A stretch of 64,000 bases of DNA, from NCBI GenBank assembly GCA_043228905.1, contig JBHGNT010000001.1:12586001-12650000 (forward strand). Reading direction: 5' to 3'. The position numbers and the translations under genes were made by a program. Origin of the DNA: Azolla caroliniana (lineage: Eukaryota > Plantae > Polypodiophyta). The notes beneath the pieces are model-generated. The model ran no database searches and was not told where the DNA came from. It saw nothing but the letters and a program-made list of their open reading frames with translations. How positions within the stretch are numbered: position 1 is the first letter of the stretch; each line of letters begins with the position of its first letter. Of this stretch, positions 63,122 to 64,000 are shown piece by piece.

Positions 63122-64000
63122 TGTTACCGGCCGGCAAAGGAGTCCAGAGTGGGAAACAGAGAGCTAATTAAGTAGTAGGAATGTGGTTGTAACTAAGCTA
63201 TGAGTGTGGACGGACGGACCGGAATCGGTATGCCGTTCCGGATTCGGACCGATCCCGAACAGGTGCGGATGGCACCGTTTTGTAATACAGACCGGAAACC
63301 TATTTAAAGGCCCGGATACAATGTAATAGTTAGTGGTTAATTAATGAAAGCTTAAGCGTTGTTATATCTTTGTGTTAATTGCCGTTCTGTCTTAATTGTT
63401 ATATCTTACGCGTGTTATGAAAGACGATCCTAATAAGTAACTTAACTAAGTCGGATTAAGCGTTGAAGTCTAATCCGGTTGCCGTAACACCCTTTGGTGA
63501 AGTGTCTCACGTAGACACCCTGTGTTAGGCCATTGTCCGGCCCGAAGAGTTAACACAGTTTTTGGCGACCACGATTCCTGTTTTTGCAGCGAACGACGGC
63601 ACGGATGGATGTCTAGATCAACACACGACCTGGTTACAGATCGAACTCGACGCCTTGCCGAAAGGCAAAGGAGACGCGAGGCTTTCCAGCAAGCGGCGCA
63701 GGAAATTAGAGCGGATCGCTCGTTTTCCAACGTAATCCGGAGAGTAGCAGAGGACTCCCTCTGGTTACAACAAACATCGCACCCGGACGACGGCAGCAGC
63801 CTAAGCAGCCTCGGGAAACCGAATCCCTTCTCCACGCATTGGTAAACGGAGAAGGCGAAGCAAAGGCCTTTTCATCATATGAATCGGACTCCGAAGGGGA
63901 ATACAGCGTGCACACGAACTACCGTAGCAGTAACGAAACCCCGGGCGGACCGGAGGACGAAGGATCGGATACCTTACCGACACCGGAACCGGAACCGGAA
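63122..64000 (+). mobile_element. 5' part of LTR element M2 (LTR 63122-~63557, PBS TGGCGACCACGA 63563-63574)
   Basis: Abrupt junction in N integrase at TGTTACCGGCC; homologous to M1. Confidence 0.75.

Overview
Eukaryotic, almost certainly land-plant DNA (probably a non-seed plant; inferred from element types, not a database result). It is dominated by nested LTR retrotransposons; I labelled them with letters. An old minus-strand Copia (G, ~1598-43400) hosts a solo LTR (J), a non-coding self-priming element (E) and Copias I and H. E contains a same-family copy (D), whose LTR holds a tRNA-Trp-primed Gypsy (A). A's LTR holds Copia B, and B's RT gene holds a 1668-bp gag-only unit (C). Copia I contains a very young Copia (K). 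Seven of these insertions have target-site duplications (TSDs) readable in the sequence. The right part holds a Copia remnant, a decayed 4.3-kb terminal-inverted-repeat (TIR) element with a 12-copy array of 25-bp palindromes, and a chromovirus remnant. It also holds the only host gene found (two-exon fatty-acid-hydroxylase/sterol-desaturase family) and more Gypsy pieces. The best novelty candidates are unit C, the palindrome array with spacers in both orientations, and an antisense tRNA-like module shared by the C and D/E termini. Coordinates were counted by eye and may be off by a few bases.
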